Assembly: GCF_009914755.1 (NCBI RefSeq)
Contig: NC_060938.1
Direction: 5' to 3' (one strand)
Length of the DNA: 64,000 nt
Origin: the human T2T-CHM13v2.0 reference genome, Homo sapiens
Below the pieces are notes generated by a model. The model was not told the DNA's origin and did not search any database. It worked only from the letters and a program-made list of their open reading frames with translations. A program made the translations under genes and the position numbers. Numbering within the stretch: position 1 is the stretch's first letter; every line of letters begins with the position of its first letter. Below are positions 11,340 through 33,155 of the stretch, one piece after another.

Positions 11340-13481
11340 ATAAGGATAGTGCTGCCTTCAATGGCCGGCAGCTTGCGACGAGACAGTCTTCAGGAGGATC
11401 CCAGCAGCTGTGGGGTGAGGTTTCCCCCGGGGACCCTCCAGAGGGCTGGTCCATGTGCAAATCTGCACATCCCTTTCACTACTGGCGAAGAACAGAGGTC
11501 AGGAGCGGAGAGGCTCAAAGGGTGAGTTAACTGGATCATATGCCAGGAGCCTATTGTTTTCCTATCTGGGCTTGTGAAGCCATTTGTCCGGTACCACCAA
11601 GGGAAGCAATAGGGCTCGTTCATACGCCTGCTTTGCATTTTGGTCGAGATCAGGTTTTGAGTTAGTTTTGAGTCTCTTTTGCCTGACTGCACTCCCCCTT
11701 GAAATCTGTCTCCACTTGTTTGTGTGTCTGTCTTGTTCCTTTTGATACCATGTAAACTTGAAAACGGGAAGTATTGGGTCCATTCCTGCTGGGAGGCCTC
11801 TGGGAAGGAGAAAGGTTTTTTTTAGAAGCTCAATAGTTGAGAGTCAGCTTAATTAAAAGCTACCATCCAAAATGTGTATGCGTATATATGTGTGTGTGCA
11901 TGTTTGTATTTAAAAGGCCTTCATGTTTTTGTTTATTTCTCACCTAGGACCTTGTTTTTTTGAGCAAAAGTTTTTTCTTCACAGTTGACTGAATCCTGTT
12001 TTCTTCATTAATGGCTAGTACAACAGAACCTACTCTGAGATTTTTAAGATAAATGTAATTTAGATGCTAGAAATGTCTTTGTTTGAAAAAAAAATTAAGT
12101 GCACTGTAAAAGCATCAAATGGTCTAGCCTCATAATAATTCTCCCCTTTTGAAAACCCAGGATTCAGTGTGGGGTCTGCCCAGAGCTCAAAGGTCCAGTT
12201 AAAAAATAGGAAAAGGAAGGCTTATGAATTTATAAAATATACTTCTATTGGCATGCCTAATACGTGTAGGTATTTATGTCTTGTGTACACCATGTTTCAC
12301 TACTGAAAAATATAAAAGAGTTCTAATTTACTGACTCAAAGAAAAAATAAAAGCACTTACAAACTTTAACAGAAAAAAGGAAAGACTAGTCAAGTGCTTT
12401 TTCAAGTTTATGTGACTTAAGTAAAATCCTTAATAAATAAGCTAGCTTTAAAAATTATTGGTAAAGTAATATTAGAAATCTTAAGAGTTGCCAGCATACA
12501 TTTTTGTTTGCATTTATTGATCAAGCAATTTCATACTTATCTCTGCCAAATACTATAAAGTGTCAAAATTTGGCATGGAGGCTACAAAACTATAACCCAG
12601 CCCAAAACAGAATGATCTTTGCTTGTGTAGTTTTTAAGAATAAAACATTAATATTGGTTTAATGAAGATAGCTACATCTTGAATTATTTAGTAAAATACT
12701 GTAACTTCTGATCTTGTGGCCTTAGGCAGTCTAGTCCACAGACATGAAGAAAGTTTGTTCTGGGAAAGGACTGTTATCGTCTTTGTTTCAAAGCTAAACT
12801 ATAAACTAAGTTAATAAACAAGAATAGCTTGTAGATTAGACGCAAAATGGAGTCAGGTCAGATCATTTTCACTGTCTCAGTTATAATTTTGCAATGGCGG
12901 CTTCAAAACTTTAAATGATGACTATCGTAGTTTTCATAAATAATCCAGGTAAACGATTAAAATAATTAGATAAATGCAATTGGATAAATACTTGTAAATA
13001 ACTTGTCAAAATTTAGAATCTAAAATTATATTAAACAACAGATATCTCATTATTTGGGTATTTTCCAATAACAATATATTGTAGGAAAACATTCTTTCTA
13101 AAGATTGTGTCTTTTTTAAAGGGTAACTAATTTTTGTCTAATTCAAAGCTTATTTAAAGATTATATACAAAACAAGGTAAAAGAAACCAGGGAATAAAAG
13201 AAATATAAAGAAAGCTATAAAAATAAATAGAGTTTTAAAGATTATTGGTGAAATAAAAATATTTTCAAAAATGTAAGCCTTTGGTCTAAATTATGCAGGT
13301 CAAATATTACGTTTGCGAAATGCTTTAGTCCATAAACTGCTTCTTTGACTTAAAAATTGTTCAATTTATTTTGGCGGGTTAAATTCTAGATAAGGCCTGG
13401 GGACATGTAAAATTAGCCATGCCCCCTAGCTGTGCAAAAAGGTATTAAAGAAAAGAGAATTTATATAAGAAAGGATCTTGT

Positions 13482-13548
13482 TCGTGCCACTGCACTCCAG
13501 CCTGGATGACAGAGCAAGACTCCGTCTCAAAAAAAAAAAAAGAAAAAA
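13482..13548 (+). mobile_element. Severely 5'-truncated Alu inside the provirus
   Basis: Last ~47 nt of Alu plus A-tail; TSD aaaggatcttgt. Confidence 0.85.
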
Positions 13549-13657
13549 AAAGGATCTTGTATGGTACATTCTTGTCCTAAAGTAAAATAACTGCTTGTTT
13601 AAAGAGAGGGATGTTTAGGACAAGTCAGAAAGTCAAGACATGTCAGAGATTGTGTAA

Positions 13658-13970
<313 letters not shown>

Positions 13971-14939
13971 TGTGAAAGATTTATGAAAGGGAATTTATGC
14001 AAGAAATGTTGTACAATTTAAAGGTGATTAGGCCTCCTAAATGCTTTATAAAATGCTACTATGGCTCTTAGCTGTACAACTTGCCTGCTTTACACCTAGG
14101 TAAGGCCTGGGACACATGGAGTTAGATGCTGGAATAAGTCAGACCTTATCTGCACTTCTGTCTAGGTCCTAGGCTCCACACCTAGTACACAGTTAAAATC
14201 CCAGACTTACCAAGGTTTTCACCAAAAGTAAAGGTTGCTAAGAGTTAACGGTGTAACATGTATTTTAAGACTACTGAAGAAACAGTTTACATGCCAGGTG
14301 TGTAAGGAAAGTAAAATATACTTTTGGTAAAAGATTATAAGGATGCATGAGATTGTGGATTTCTGCCTAGATTAAAAGGTTAAAGGATTGTTTTAAATTG
14401 GATACAATAAAGATAAAGGTTTAAGCAAGTTGTGGAAGGTTAATTGTAGAGGAAATTCTGTGTGTAAAATATTGGCTAAAGTTAAAAGGGAATCATCCAG
14501 TTTTTTCTGTAAATCGAGCATTGAAATAAAAGCACAATGGGATTCTCTTAGAGCACTAACTTGCTCTTTAACAAAAATTGTAAAGGGTTATAAAAAGTCT
14601 ATAAAAATCTTACCTTGTGGTGAAACATTAAAATTGGGTAAACATGTCTATAAGGATTTATTAAGAATTGGGTTTAACATCCATAGTACACTAATGTAAA
14701 GGTGAAGTTTGGCTTATTTGGTATGAAAATTATACAGGAAGCATTGTCAAATATGAAATGGTGTTTGGCTTTCTTTGGGTTATATTTGTGTAAATATGTT
14801 ATTGGTATGTGTTCCAAAGTTATGGGAGACTCCTATAATTCTGATATATCTTAGTGTATGTTATCAGTAATAATTATAATTGTTATGTTAAATTATTGTG
14901 TGCCACAGAGGTAACAGATTTTCTTGTCAGTTGTGTCTC

Positions 14940-15244
14940 TTTTTTTTTTTCTTTTTTTTTTTTTGAGGCAGAGTCTCACTCTGTCACCCAGGCTGTAGTG
15001 CAGTGGTGAGATCTCGGCTCACTGAAACTTCTGCCGCCCAGGTTGAAGCAATTCTCCTGCTTCAGCCTCCTCAGTAGCTGGGACTACAGGCACATGCCAC
15101 CACGCCCAGCTAATTTTTGTATTTTTAGTAGAGACAGGGTTTCACCATGTTGGCCAGGCTGGTCTCGAACTCCTGACCTCATGATCCACCCACCTCAGCC
15201 TCCCAAAGTGCTGGGATTACAGGCGTGAGCCACCGCGGCTGGCC
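14940..15244 (-). mobile_element. Alu (AluS-type) inside the provirus
   Basis: Antisense Alu; TSD gtca(g/a)ttgtgtct. Confidence 0.9.
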
Positions 15245-15362
15245 GTCAATTGTGTCTTTAACTATGGCTACCCTAAACATTTTTGTTATCTGTAAGCAAT
15301 TGTTGTCTTGTTTTCATCCTCTTTTGAAGGTGGTTTTATAATCAGCTATAAAGCTCTAACAA

Positions 15363-15683
<321 letters not shown>

Positions 15684-17068
15684 CTAGGTGCTCTTGATTG
15701 CAGATTTCTGATAACTTTTGAGATTGTGACATCAGAATAGAGGAAAACGTTCAGGACTCTTGAAGAGCTAAAATTTTCATTAATATCAAGCAGGATAGGA
15801 ATTAACTGCATGAACTGAACTAAGAGGAGACTGGAGTGATTTTGTTGACATTTTGCTTAGAATATTGCTAATCTTTTGTTTTGCTTTTCAAAGTCGAAGA
15901 AACTTTTCTTTTGAGCTATTGACAGCTTTTAACAATTTAGTATACTCCCATGAACAAAATTTAGAGCATACTTTTTTCTCTCTACTTGATTTTCTCCAGA
16001 ATTTGGAAACTGTCTGTGAGTATTCTTAAGTTATGGCAATAGAGTTATTCGCATAAGTGTAGTAAGAATCTGTTTTCTTTTGTAACAGGCCACAATTGGA
16101 AAAACGTTATTTTTACCAAGGCTTTGACTGGAATGATGCGCTTTCCTTTAAGGAATCAAACCTGACTTATGAACCCAATAAAGCCCTTGGGAAACTGCCC
16201 TCATATTTTGTGTACACAGTCCTTGTACAGGGTTTCTGACCTGTAGTAAGTAAAAAATGTCACTTTCTGACAGGGCAGGAACCCTAAGGTATCTTGGAAC
16301 CTCAAGAGGAGAGGAATTCACCCAACTCATAGGTATTTGATGGTACAAATCCATGGCTGGGTTTGGCTTTAAAAAGGTCTTATGTCAGATTCCTTCTATG
16401 GAACAAAGTTCCATGAAAGCCAGTTCAAAAGGCCTATGTGAAAAATAATTATTCTTGCTGCACTTTATGCAAATAATCTGGCCAAGTATAATAAAGCTAA
16501 CCAGTCCTATCATGATTTGTCTTTTAATAAAAATGGGAAACTGGAGAAAGAAAAATTGTTTCAAAACTATAGTACACCTGTTGTTAAATTCTAGTGTTGC
16601 CTGGTGTTTTTCAGTTTTTATTATTTTCTACAGTTTGGATTAAATTCTAATTTTTCTGACTACAAGTCTGCAGATAATGTTTTCAATTTTTTCCTTTTGC
16701 TTTTCCTTTGTCCCCATTTTTCCTAACTGAAAATCATTGAAACCTAAGCTGTGCTTTCTTAAAGCCCTGTGAACGGAAGACTAGACAACTTACATTTCAG
16801 AAGAAAACAGCAGCAACCTATTTATATGTATTGCTGTTGCATACTATTATGTTTCATCGGGCACTGCCTCTAATCCCCCCAAACAGAGAGCGCTACTGGG
16901 AACAAATCGACCTCTTCCACCCCAGTGCTGCGTTCAGTGCCCCATAACGATGACCCTCTCTCAGCAGGAAGTAGCCAGAAAGATTACAATGCCCCATCTC
17001 CCTACGATTCTCATGATAAATAAATATACAAGCATGATAGAAATCATGCACAAATTGACAGTGGGGAT

Positions 17069-17719
17069 TGTAGCAGGCCAGGCTTCACTAATGCAGGCCT
17101 CCATCACAACTGTTTCAGTACTGACTGGGTAGTTAAGTTAAATATTAAAAGCCAGTGCCCTTATACAAAGGCTGTAATGTAACAAAAGCCCATCAAGAGT
17201 TTTGCTTAGGCCTTTCTTGGGCCTTAAAGCATGACAAAATAACGAAGGAATTCTTAACAGGACCCATTTAGGATTAAACAGGTTTTATTGGATGGCTGAA
17301 GAAATTTCCCAGGCCTCCACAAACAAGTTTATTGGAGGTCTGAAGGAACTCCCCAAACCTCTGTGATTTAGCAGGAGACAAGATAAGGGTAATCATCCCA
17401 GCATCTAGACCCATTTAGATTAAGTAAACTTACTGAAGCTCCAGAGGTAGGTTTTCCGGACTCAGACCTTAGTTATAGATTAAAAGAAGTTAATCACTTA
17501 TGTCTTTAGACGAATGCATGCTTACACGTAGACATATAGCTTAGAAGGTATATAAGCTCTGAAAAACTTTGTAATTTTGAGTTGGTCTGGTGATAATTTC
17601 CAGGCCTTCTCCCTGTAACCGATGACAGAAATAAAAACTCTCTTTCTGCCCAGTTCATCGGCATCTCGTTATTGGGCCACAAGAAATAGCAGGCCGACCC
17701 TCAGTTTGGTCCAGGAACA
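17069..17719 (+). repeat. 3' LTR (651 bp)
   Basis: tgtagcaggccagg...ggtccaggaaca; direct repeat of the 5' LTR. Confidence 0.92.
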
Positions 17720-17776
17720 CTATAGTGTTGCTTTCACATACATTATCATTAAGAATGACACCAAACCAGGTGCTTA

Positions 17777-18104
<328 letters not shown>

Positions 18105-19623
18105 CGAAAGGAGGGGATGACCCCCTGTGTATAGAATGCTAAATACCACACAGCTACACACTCCCATTTGTTGCTTCTAGTTCTAGTCAAAGACTACTTG
18201 AAACTCCTAGAAAGCAATAATTTCCTTAGACAATCCACAATCCCTGGGGGCTTGGAATGTAAATGGATGAACAAATGCCTGAAGGTACCTGATAAACTCA
18301 ATATTTCATAACCTCAACAGGTAGACATTATCTCCACAGTAAGTCCAGGGAAACTGGCATTCAGAAAAGTTAAATAATTTGATCACAGAGCTAGCTGGGT
18401 TTCAAGCCCATGTTTCCGTGATTCTAAGAAAACTTCAATGTATAGATTCTCTTCTCCCTCATTACCTTTTCCTTACCACATCCTCCCATCTCCCCAGCCT
18501 ATATGTTAGGATCCCAGAAGAAAGCAGATAGTACATTAGATGATTGAGGTGATATTAATAAAGGGAGTATTTAGGAAGGTGTGGGTTTGAACAAAGCAAC
18601 AAATCATGGGGCAACACCCTGGGACTGAATAAAAACAATGCTATTACCTAGGCTGAAGAGAAGGGAGCAGTTGTCAGAAACTAGACAGGGCCGTCCAACA
18701 CGAGCTGTGGCCTTTGGTGGAGGGATGCAGCCAACTTGCAGGGACCCAACAAGGAGGAACCAGGGGAAAAAAATTTACTCTCCTACTCTTTGATCTCCTG
18801 CCAAACCCAAACAGAAGCCAGAGGACAAAAATCTCTGTTGGTGCATTGCAGCCAGGTAAGCCTCATGGGGCACAGAGCATAATACCCAGATGTAAAGGGG
18901 CAAGCAGGTGTTCCACATACCATCCATTCTCTGCTACTTTCAACTTGAGTGATCTTGCTAGGACTTTGGGAGGGGTGAATTGAAAGGTACAAATGTATGT
19001 GAAAGCTAGAGAGCTATTTCTAGTACAGAGGATTTGTATGGCTGCAGAAAGGAGACTTAAGGAGAAGTACATTAGACTGTTGGAGCTCCTCACCATGTTC
19101 TGGGTCTCTACCGGCATTTGAGGTAAATGAGGTAGAGCTTGGGATATGTCAGGCATAGGTGGATGAGTCCTGAACTTTCTGCCTCCTTCTATCCCAGGAG
19201 CCCTTGGATTCCTGCTTTAGTCTCCTCTGTCCTCAGCCATCAATGCTTTCTTTCCTTTCCATGGCTATTTCCTTTCCTTTTTCCAAAATTCTTACCAACC
19301 AGGAACAGAACCATCTTTAGTTTGAACCATATTGTTTCAAGAGCTAGAATAAAACTAGAGAATGGCTCATGTAGAGAATATCAGGGAGAACATCAGGACT
19401 AGGAAACTGAAATAACCTTTTGATTGTTTTCAGAAGATATGAATTCCCAGCAAGGAGCCAGAGAGGGTTATACGGAAGCAGAAGATGAATGTGATTTCTG
19501 AATGAGATTAAAACAAGAAAGGCTGGAATAAGAACAGGCATAAGAACCCTAGGACAGGAAGGAGAGCCGAGATGCCCAGGGCATGGTGACTGCAAACCTG
19601 ATTCAGGAGTAAGCCTTGATTCA

Positions 19624-20226
<603 letters not shown>

Positions 20227-21050
20227 CTAGAGCCAGCATTCCATTTCTGCCACCAGTACATTTTTCTCTAAAGTAACCCTTTGGAACTCATCTTTCCTTT
20301 GCTTTCAAGCTGAGGGTTTGATTTGAATATTGCAGTTGTAGGATGACAATGTGTAAAGAAAGAGAGATGGGGAATAGCATCAGAGAGAAACCAGAGTTTT
20401 GGGAGTAGTGTGGGAGGTCAGTCAGAGATCAACACACAAGGACAAGACACATCCAGGAACAAAAACCAAAGAGCTCCAGACAAACTCTTACAAGAGTTTG
20501 TGCCACTTCACCTCACCCTGAAGGACAATTTTAGAATGTCTTGCCACCCTCACTGCAAGAAACAGTCCCTTGCTCCTGCCTCTGGTCTGATAAGGTACAA
20601 GGAACAGCTGCCAGAGTGTGAGTGGGTTTGTATGTGTGAGTGTGACAACCAGCCAGACACCCTCACGTTCCCCCTGACTGACCTGAGCGGGGAGCCCATT
20701 GCCACTAGCAAGGGGGAAGCCAAAGAGGTGCAGAGAGGAATGACACCTGAAACCCCAGGCACCAGTGTGGGAATGCTTATAAAATGCTGGTTGTTGATTT
20801 TTAAAAATTTTAAATTGTGTTCTTTGTTACTGTCTTCACAGTTGTTGAATGTCAAGTACACAGGACATTCAACTTTTACTATGTATTTATCCAATTAGTG
20901 GGAAATTCTGATGTTAGTGAGGAGAGAGGGTACAAACAAATGACATTGCTCTGGGCACTATTTGCCCTCACCATACCCTGGCCTCTAGTCAGAACTGACT
21001 CTCACTTTCTAGTTAGTCCTAAAATTGCTCTAGAAAGGTGGTGTCTCCCA

Positions 21051-21753
<703 letters not shown>

Positions 21754-23477
21754 TTACCATTCATATACTCTCTTATGGCTAACATCCATCCCTCCTACTG
21801 CAGGTTCAGTGTACCATCAGAGACTCACCCTTTAAAATCTCTTCGTGAAATCCAGAATTTTCAAGCTGAAACCATAAGGCTCTTTTCACTCTGTTCCGGT
21901 TTTACTCTCTTTCCCATTGAATCTTCTCTTAGCTATCTTGGGATTTTGTCCCTAAAGTCTGGGAAGTACTCACGTTCCTTGACAATAAGGGGAAGAGAGA
22001 AACAGGGGTCCTAAACCTGAAGCAGAGACAAAAAGTAGGGAGTCTGTGGTTCTGCTTCTGTAAAATCACCTCTCCTCTCCTCTGAGAGGAGACCAGCTCT
22101 GATCTTGAAAATTTTGAAAATGGTCAAGATCAATGGCCAACCATGATATTAGGACCTCCTTCCTATAGAGCTACTACACAGAACCACAAAGCACAATGGA
22201 GCTGTAAGACCGAGGAAACACCAAGGGACCTGGGAACTGGGGAAAGTTATTAAGAACCATGTCAACCACAAGGGGGCACTGTGACCCCATGGGCTAAACT
22301 GGAATGTTTAGCTGATTGACATGGAAATGGGACATGGAATATGCTCTTGATTCTTGAGCTTTTCGTCGCTCTCCAACAGAGTAGAGAGGTCAGTCAAGGA
22401 CAAAACCCCCACCCCACGACTAGCTCCCAGCAGAGGGCATCTTTCTCTCTACCAAACTCAGATTTCTTATGCAGAGACATCTATGGGAAAGACACACAGT
22501 CATCACCCATTTGACACACCCACCTACATGATAGATGTGTATGCACACACTCACCTATCTACACATACATGTAATGTGCTCCCATTTGTAGAGATTGCCC
22601 TGCTGACAGTGTTATCTATGTAGGCAGATATGCAGAAAAGACTTGCCTTCCCATCCATAATACACAACAGCAGCTATTGCCAGTAAAGATTGATGCTGGT
22701 TATAGGTTTTTGCCTTTTCCTTGTGTTTTTCCGAGAAGCTAGTTGGTCCCCACTGATTCCAATTATGCCGCTTCTTTTCTTCAGTGTGGTGCTTCGCACT
22801 CTGCTGCCTGCCCTGCGTGTGGTCACCCAACACCCTCAGCATCCAATAGCGAGCTCCATAACCCTGTTTGTTACCCAATACCTCCGCTTCCCCTTCTGAC
22901 CCTGGCCTACCACATTTAAAATAGACCCAGTTCTATGAAGGACAGTGATGAAATGCTCAAGAATCAAGGGCATATTCCATATCCTATTTCCATGTCAATC
23001 AGTGTGTCAGCACCAGACATCAAGTGCATTAGTCCTCAGCTCAGTTTCATTGAGGAAAGGGTATAATTGCCTGTGGAGTTTCTGTAAAGCAATCTAGCAA
23101 AAGACCTTGTAATAGTCCATCACAGTAGTGTTGTCAATAATGCTACAAGGTGCCTCCTCATTTTTACTTCTTGTGCCTCAAGACCCTAAGAATCAGCCTG
23201 CAACAGCTGCAAAATAAGAATTCCTCTTCATTGTTCATAGTTGTGAAAAAGCTTCCTAATAAACCACAAACATAGACTTAATTAGCTCCCAGATCCCTTG
23301 GATTCCATGAGGGAAGAGGAATTCTCAAGGTAAATCCTCCTTTTTGCTGCACCCCTCCTGAAAGAGTCTTCAGATCAGAATGAACTATGAGCAGCCCACC
23401 CCTTACAGTTAAGTTCATGCACCCTGATCTACTGATTGCACTAAAACATCCAAAATGGAATCTAGGTGACCCCCTAG

Positions 23478-23861
<384 letters not shown>

Positions 23862-24190
23862 TAAAGGTGGTGATGTTGGTGGTATCTCTGAAATCCTGTG
23901 GCCTTTCTCAGTTACCCATAGTTGATAAGGAAGTCTCCTAAGATCTAAATGGTTCCTCTCTCCCAGGCTTAAAAATACTACAATATCAAGGCAACACCGT
24001 TGTATTGGAAAAGAGCCAGTTTCTATGTGGTCATATTTTGTGAAGTGCCTATGCCACAAAGGCCCTCTCCCAGGGTTTATATCACTTTGAGAAGAGAATA
24101 TGAGACGTGGACAGGGAGAAGATAGGAAGAGGAGCATGATGCAGGCACACCTAGACAAAGAATAATAACGGTACTCAGATTCCTCTACAG

Positions 24191-24196
24191 TTTATT
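24191..24196 (-). terminator. NDRG2 polyadenylation signal
   Basis: tttatt (AATAAA on the - strand) about 800 nt past the stop codon. Confidence 0.75.
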
Positions 24197-24998
24197 GTTA
24201 TAGCAGAAGTTGTGGGAGACGGGAGGGCACCCTCCACACATACTACAGTGTGGTCAGAGCCCCAGGGTAGCCCTTTCCACCCTATGCCAAGCCCCAAGCA
24301 GCCCAGCCCAAGCTTAGCTCCCTCCCCAGTCCCACTCTAGATGCACACTGAGCTACCAAAGTTAGTGCAGCCAAACGGCCCCAGGCCCCTTCCTGTTGCC
24401 CCAGCACCAATCCTTCCCCACACTCGTTCACTGCCCGCCAACTCCCATTCCAACTTCCTTTTTACACTGGATGTTTCTATCACATCCTGAGGACCACTAA
24501 CCCACCAGCAAGTCTCCCCCTGACACACATTCACGTAGGTCCATACCCTTCAGAGTCCTAAAGGGTTAATGAGAAGCCACCTCAGCTTTGGTGAATGGAG
24601 CCCCAGCCCCAAATCCCCTCCCCTTGCAAATATGGGACAAGTAGGGAGAGTCTGATGGAGGCACCAGGACAACTACAACAACCTCTTACCCCTCAGCTAT
24701 AGACACCTAGATCAGGACAGAGGATGCATATGCCCTCTCCACCTTAACACCAAAATGGGGGAGGAGGAGAATTTAGGGGTCTGGGTCCCTAAGAGATATT
24801 AGGACATCTCTTCCAGGAGCTGGGGGGAATCACGGGTTAAAGGTCAAGGTTAGGGTAGCAATCAAAGATCAAGGTCATCTCCCCGCATGATCTGCCCTTT
24901 TTCCCTTGCTTACGGTGGCCCAATGCCCCTTCAGCACCTCCCAGGTTAGCTCTGGGGGAGGTGAGGGCTGGGTCCCACTCTAGGGCAACAAGGGCCAT

Positions 24999-30715
<5,717 letters not shown>

Positions 30716-30717
<2 letters not shown>

Positions 30718-30788
30718 GGTGGCCTGGCAGGATGAGGAAATGAGACTGGGAAGTTGTCTCTACATCCCCACATCGCCTCAAACACCAG
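30716..30788 (-). ncRNA. MIR6717: microRNA hairpin mir-6717 (5p arm 30778-30757)
   Basis: Minus strand reads CUGGUGUUUG-AGGCGAUGUGGGGAUGUAGAGA-CAACUUCCCAG-UCUCAUUUCCUCAUCCUGCCAG-GCCACCAU; recognised from recall; the arms are partly complementary. Confidence 0.8.
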
Positions 30789-31432
30789 GCTTCCTCTCTC
30801 AGCACAGGAAGATGCAGGGAACAGAGGGACCCAGGGGTTGAAGACTACTCTAGAACACACAGAGGGCCTTTCCTGCCCCCAGCTCCGTTTCCAGGCTGAT
30901 CGGTGGAAGCTTTGGAAGAGGAATCAGGACAGCCCTTCTCTTGATACTCACCATCCCCACTGCCACCCTCAACACCACACCTCCAGACCCCCTCCCTCCT
31001 CTGCCCTGGACCAAAATACCAGGGTGGGGCAGAAGTGTAGCTCAGATTTCTCGGGCTATATTTAGGGGCCACCCCACACTCTCAGGTAGGGAGTGAAACT
31101 TGTAGCTCAGTGACTGAGTATTCTAAAGGACAGGGTACCAAAAGACGGGACTGTGAGAGTTCACAATTGACCATGACCTTCAATTAAAGCCCCAAAGTCG
31201 GCAGCTCAAAGGGGGCTAAAAATGACCAAAGCAACATGACCAATGGGGGAGGTGGGGAAAACAACATAAAAGGGACATCTGTCCAACCAACCCAATGCCT
31301 CCCTTCCTCCCAAGACCCTTCCTCCCAACTCTGAATAAACTCCGCAAGTTCAACATTAGTGGGTGAGGAGCAGAGCACCTGGACAGACCTGCACAGGAAG
31401 GAGCCTGCAGCCTGCGGGGTGGGGTCACTTAC

Positions 31433-31499
31433 TGGGCTCCTATTGGCTGGATGCAGTGGGATTAGGGGTCAGGGTTCTCACTCCTTCTGACTCTGGGGT
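31433..31499 (-). other. NDRG2: NDRG2 5'-UTR internal exon
   Basis: Acceptor tgttttctcAG and donor GTAAGT on the - strand. Confidence 0.7.
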
Positions 31500-32431
31500 C
31501 TGAGAAAACACAGCAACGAGGTGAATGACATGGGAGACAGACCTGGGGTCTTTTAGGGACGGAAAGCCTCAGCCAAGACCCAGACTCCCAGGGTCATCAA
31601 CCTCCTCGGGTCACTAACCCTCCCCAGTGTCTGTCTACCCCTAAGTCCAGAGAACACGTCCTCTCTAGGCTCGAGCCGGAATCAATATAGGCTACAAGGG
31701 CATCAGTTCAGGCTGCGCGGAGGAGAGAAGGAAGTGCTGATGTGGAGGTAAGAGGGTGGCCCTGTCAGAACCTCCGGATTCGAATCCCGGCTCTGCCACT
31801 CCCAGTGTGACCTTGCCCCAGTTAGTTACTACATTTGGCCTCAATTTTCTATCTGCAGGGGGACTAAACGCGGGGGAATAGGGGATCCCCAAAATTTTTG
31901 ACAGCTCTCCAGTAAGAGGAGGGTAGCAGAGCATGGCTGTTTCCCTCCACAATTTAAAAACAAACACAAAGATTGGTGCCGTCGCTTCTCTCCTCTACTC
32001 AGTCTCCGTGTAGGTCCCACGAGTGGAGAAAGGGAGAGGAGAGCGGTCCCACAATCTTCTCCCGTTCTCCCCCGACGGCCCGCGAAGGCAAGCGCCATCG
32101 GGAAGGGATGGGTAGGACAGAGGAGACCGGCCGGGCCCAGCACCCGGAACCCGTCCCTACGAGTCCCTACGCAGCCCGTCCGCGTGGAGACTGACACCCT
32201 TGCGTGGCCGGTGCCAAGCGCCCCGGACCTTGCACACAACCTCGCGCGCACCCCAAACACGCCCTGCAGCTCTTGGAGCCTCAGCCTTTGTGCGCAGCAA
32301 CCGAGCGCCCGCTCCGTGCTGGCCCTTTCCCCCGAGCCTCCAGCTCCAGGGGACGCGGATCAATCACACCGCCCGCCGGCCCGGCTGGCGCCTTCCAGGC
32401 CCTACGGCCCCTCGCCTGCCCCTCCCCCTAC

Positions 32432-32500
32432 CTGCTGCCGCCGCGGCCGCTTCCACCTTCACTTGCCTTTGACTCGGGCCCGCCCCGGCTCGGGCTTCCC
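32432..32500 (-). other. NDRG2: NDRG2 alternative first exon (5' end approximate)
   Basis: Donor CAG|GTAGGG at 32431, downstream of a GC-box array in the CpG island. Confidence 0.65.
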
Positions 32501-33079
32501 GCAGACCCGCCCCCGGCCCGCCCCAGCCCGCCCACGGGCGCTAGGCTCCCCGCAGACCCGCCCCAGACCCCCAGTAAACACGCCCCCCCTTTCACCCCGC
32601 CCAGACTGCCGCTCAGGAAAGGGTTGTGCTGGGGCCGGGGGGCGAGGGGCGGGCGGCTGGACGCTTCCAGGCTCTGCTCGGCTCACCAAAACATTCCACC
32701 ACCCCCTCCCCGCATTGGGGCGGTGTGGGGAGTGCGGGGATCCCTCAGCCCTGAGAGGGATCCCTCGGCTGCCCTCAGCACCGCCCCATCCACGACCTGG
32801 ATCTGCAATTGCACTCTGGCTCCTTCCTTCGCCCCCAGACTCAGTGGTGGGAACCGGTAGTGGGGAGACGAACCCGGGATACTGACACCCCACGAGTTCG
32901 ACTCCCCCCGCCCGAACACAGAGAACTAGATTAAGAAAGGAGGAGGTGGGCGGGACCGCCGCTGAGGAGGCGGGGGTCTCGCCGGCTGGCAGGGGCAGGT
33001 GTGCTGGCGCCGAAAGGGGGCACGGGGGAACGTCGAGGGCGCAGGAGTTCCGACTCCCTCGTGCCCAGAGTCCTGGTAC

Positions 33080-33155
33080 CTCTCCTCTCTTTGCTGCGTC
33101 CCGACGCCTGCTCTCCGGCTGCTCCGGGAGAAGTTGGACAACAAGGCGGGGAGGT
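33080..33155 (-). other. NDRG2: NDRG2 alternative first exon (5' end approximate)
   Basis: Donor GAG|GTACCA at 33079; AT-rich box at 33180-33189. Confidence 0.6.

Noticed and set aside
20410-20898. 162-aa ORF between the provirus and NDRG2
   Set aside because: GTG start, no recognisable homology or exon context
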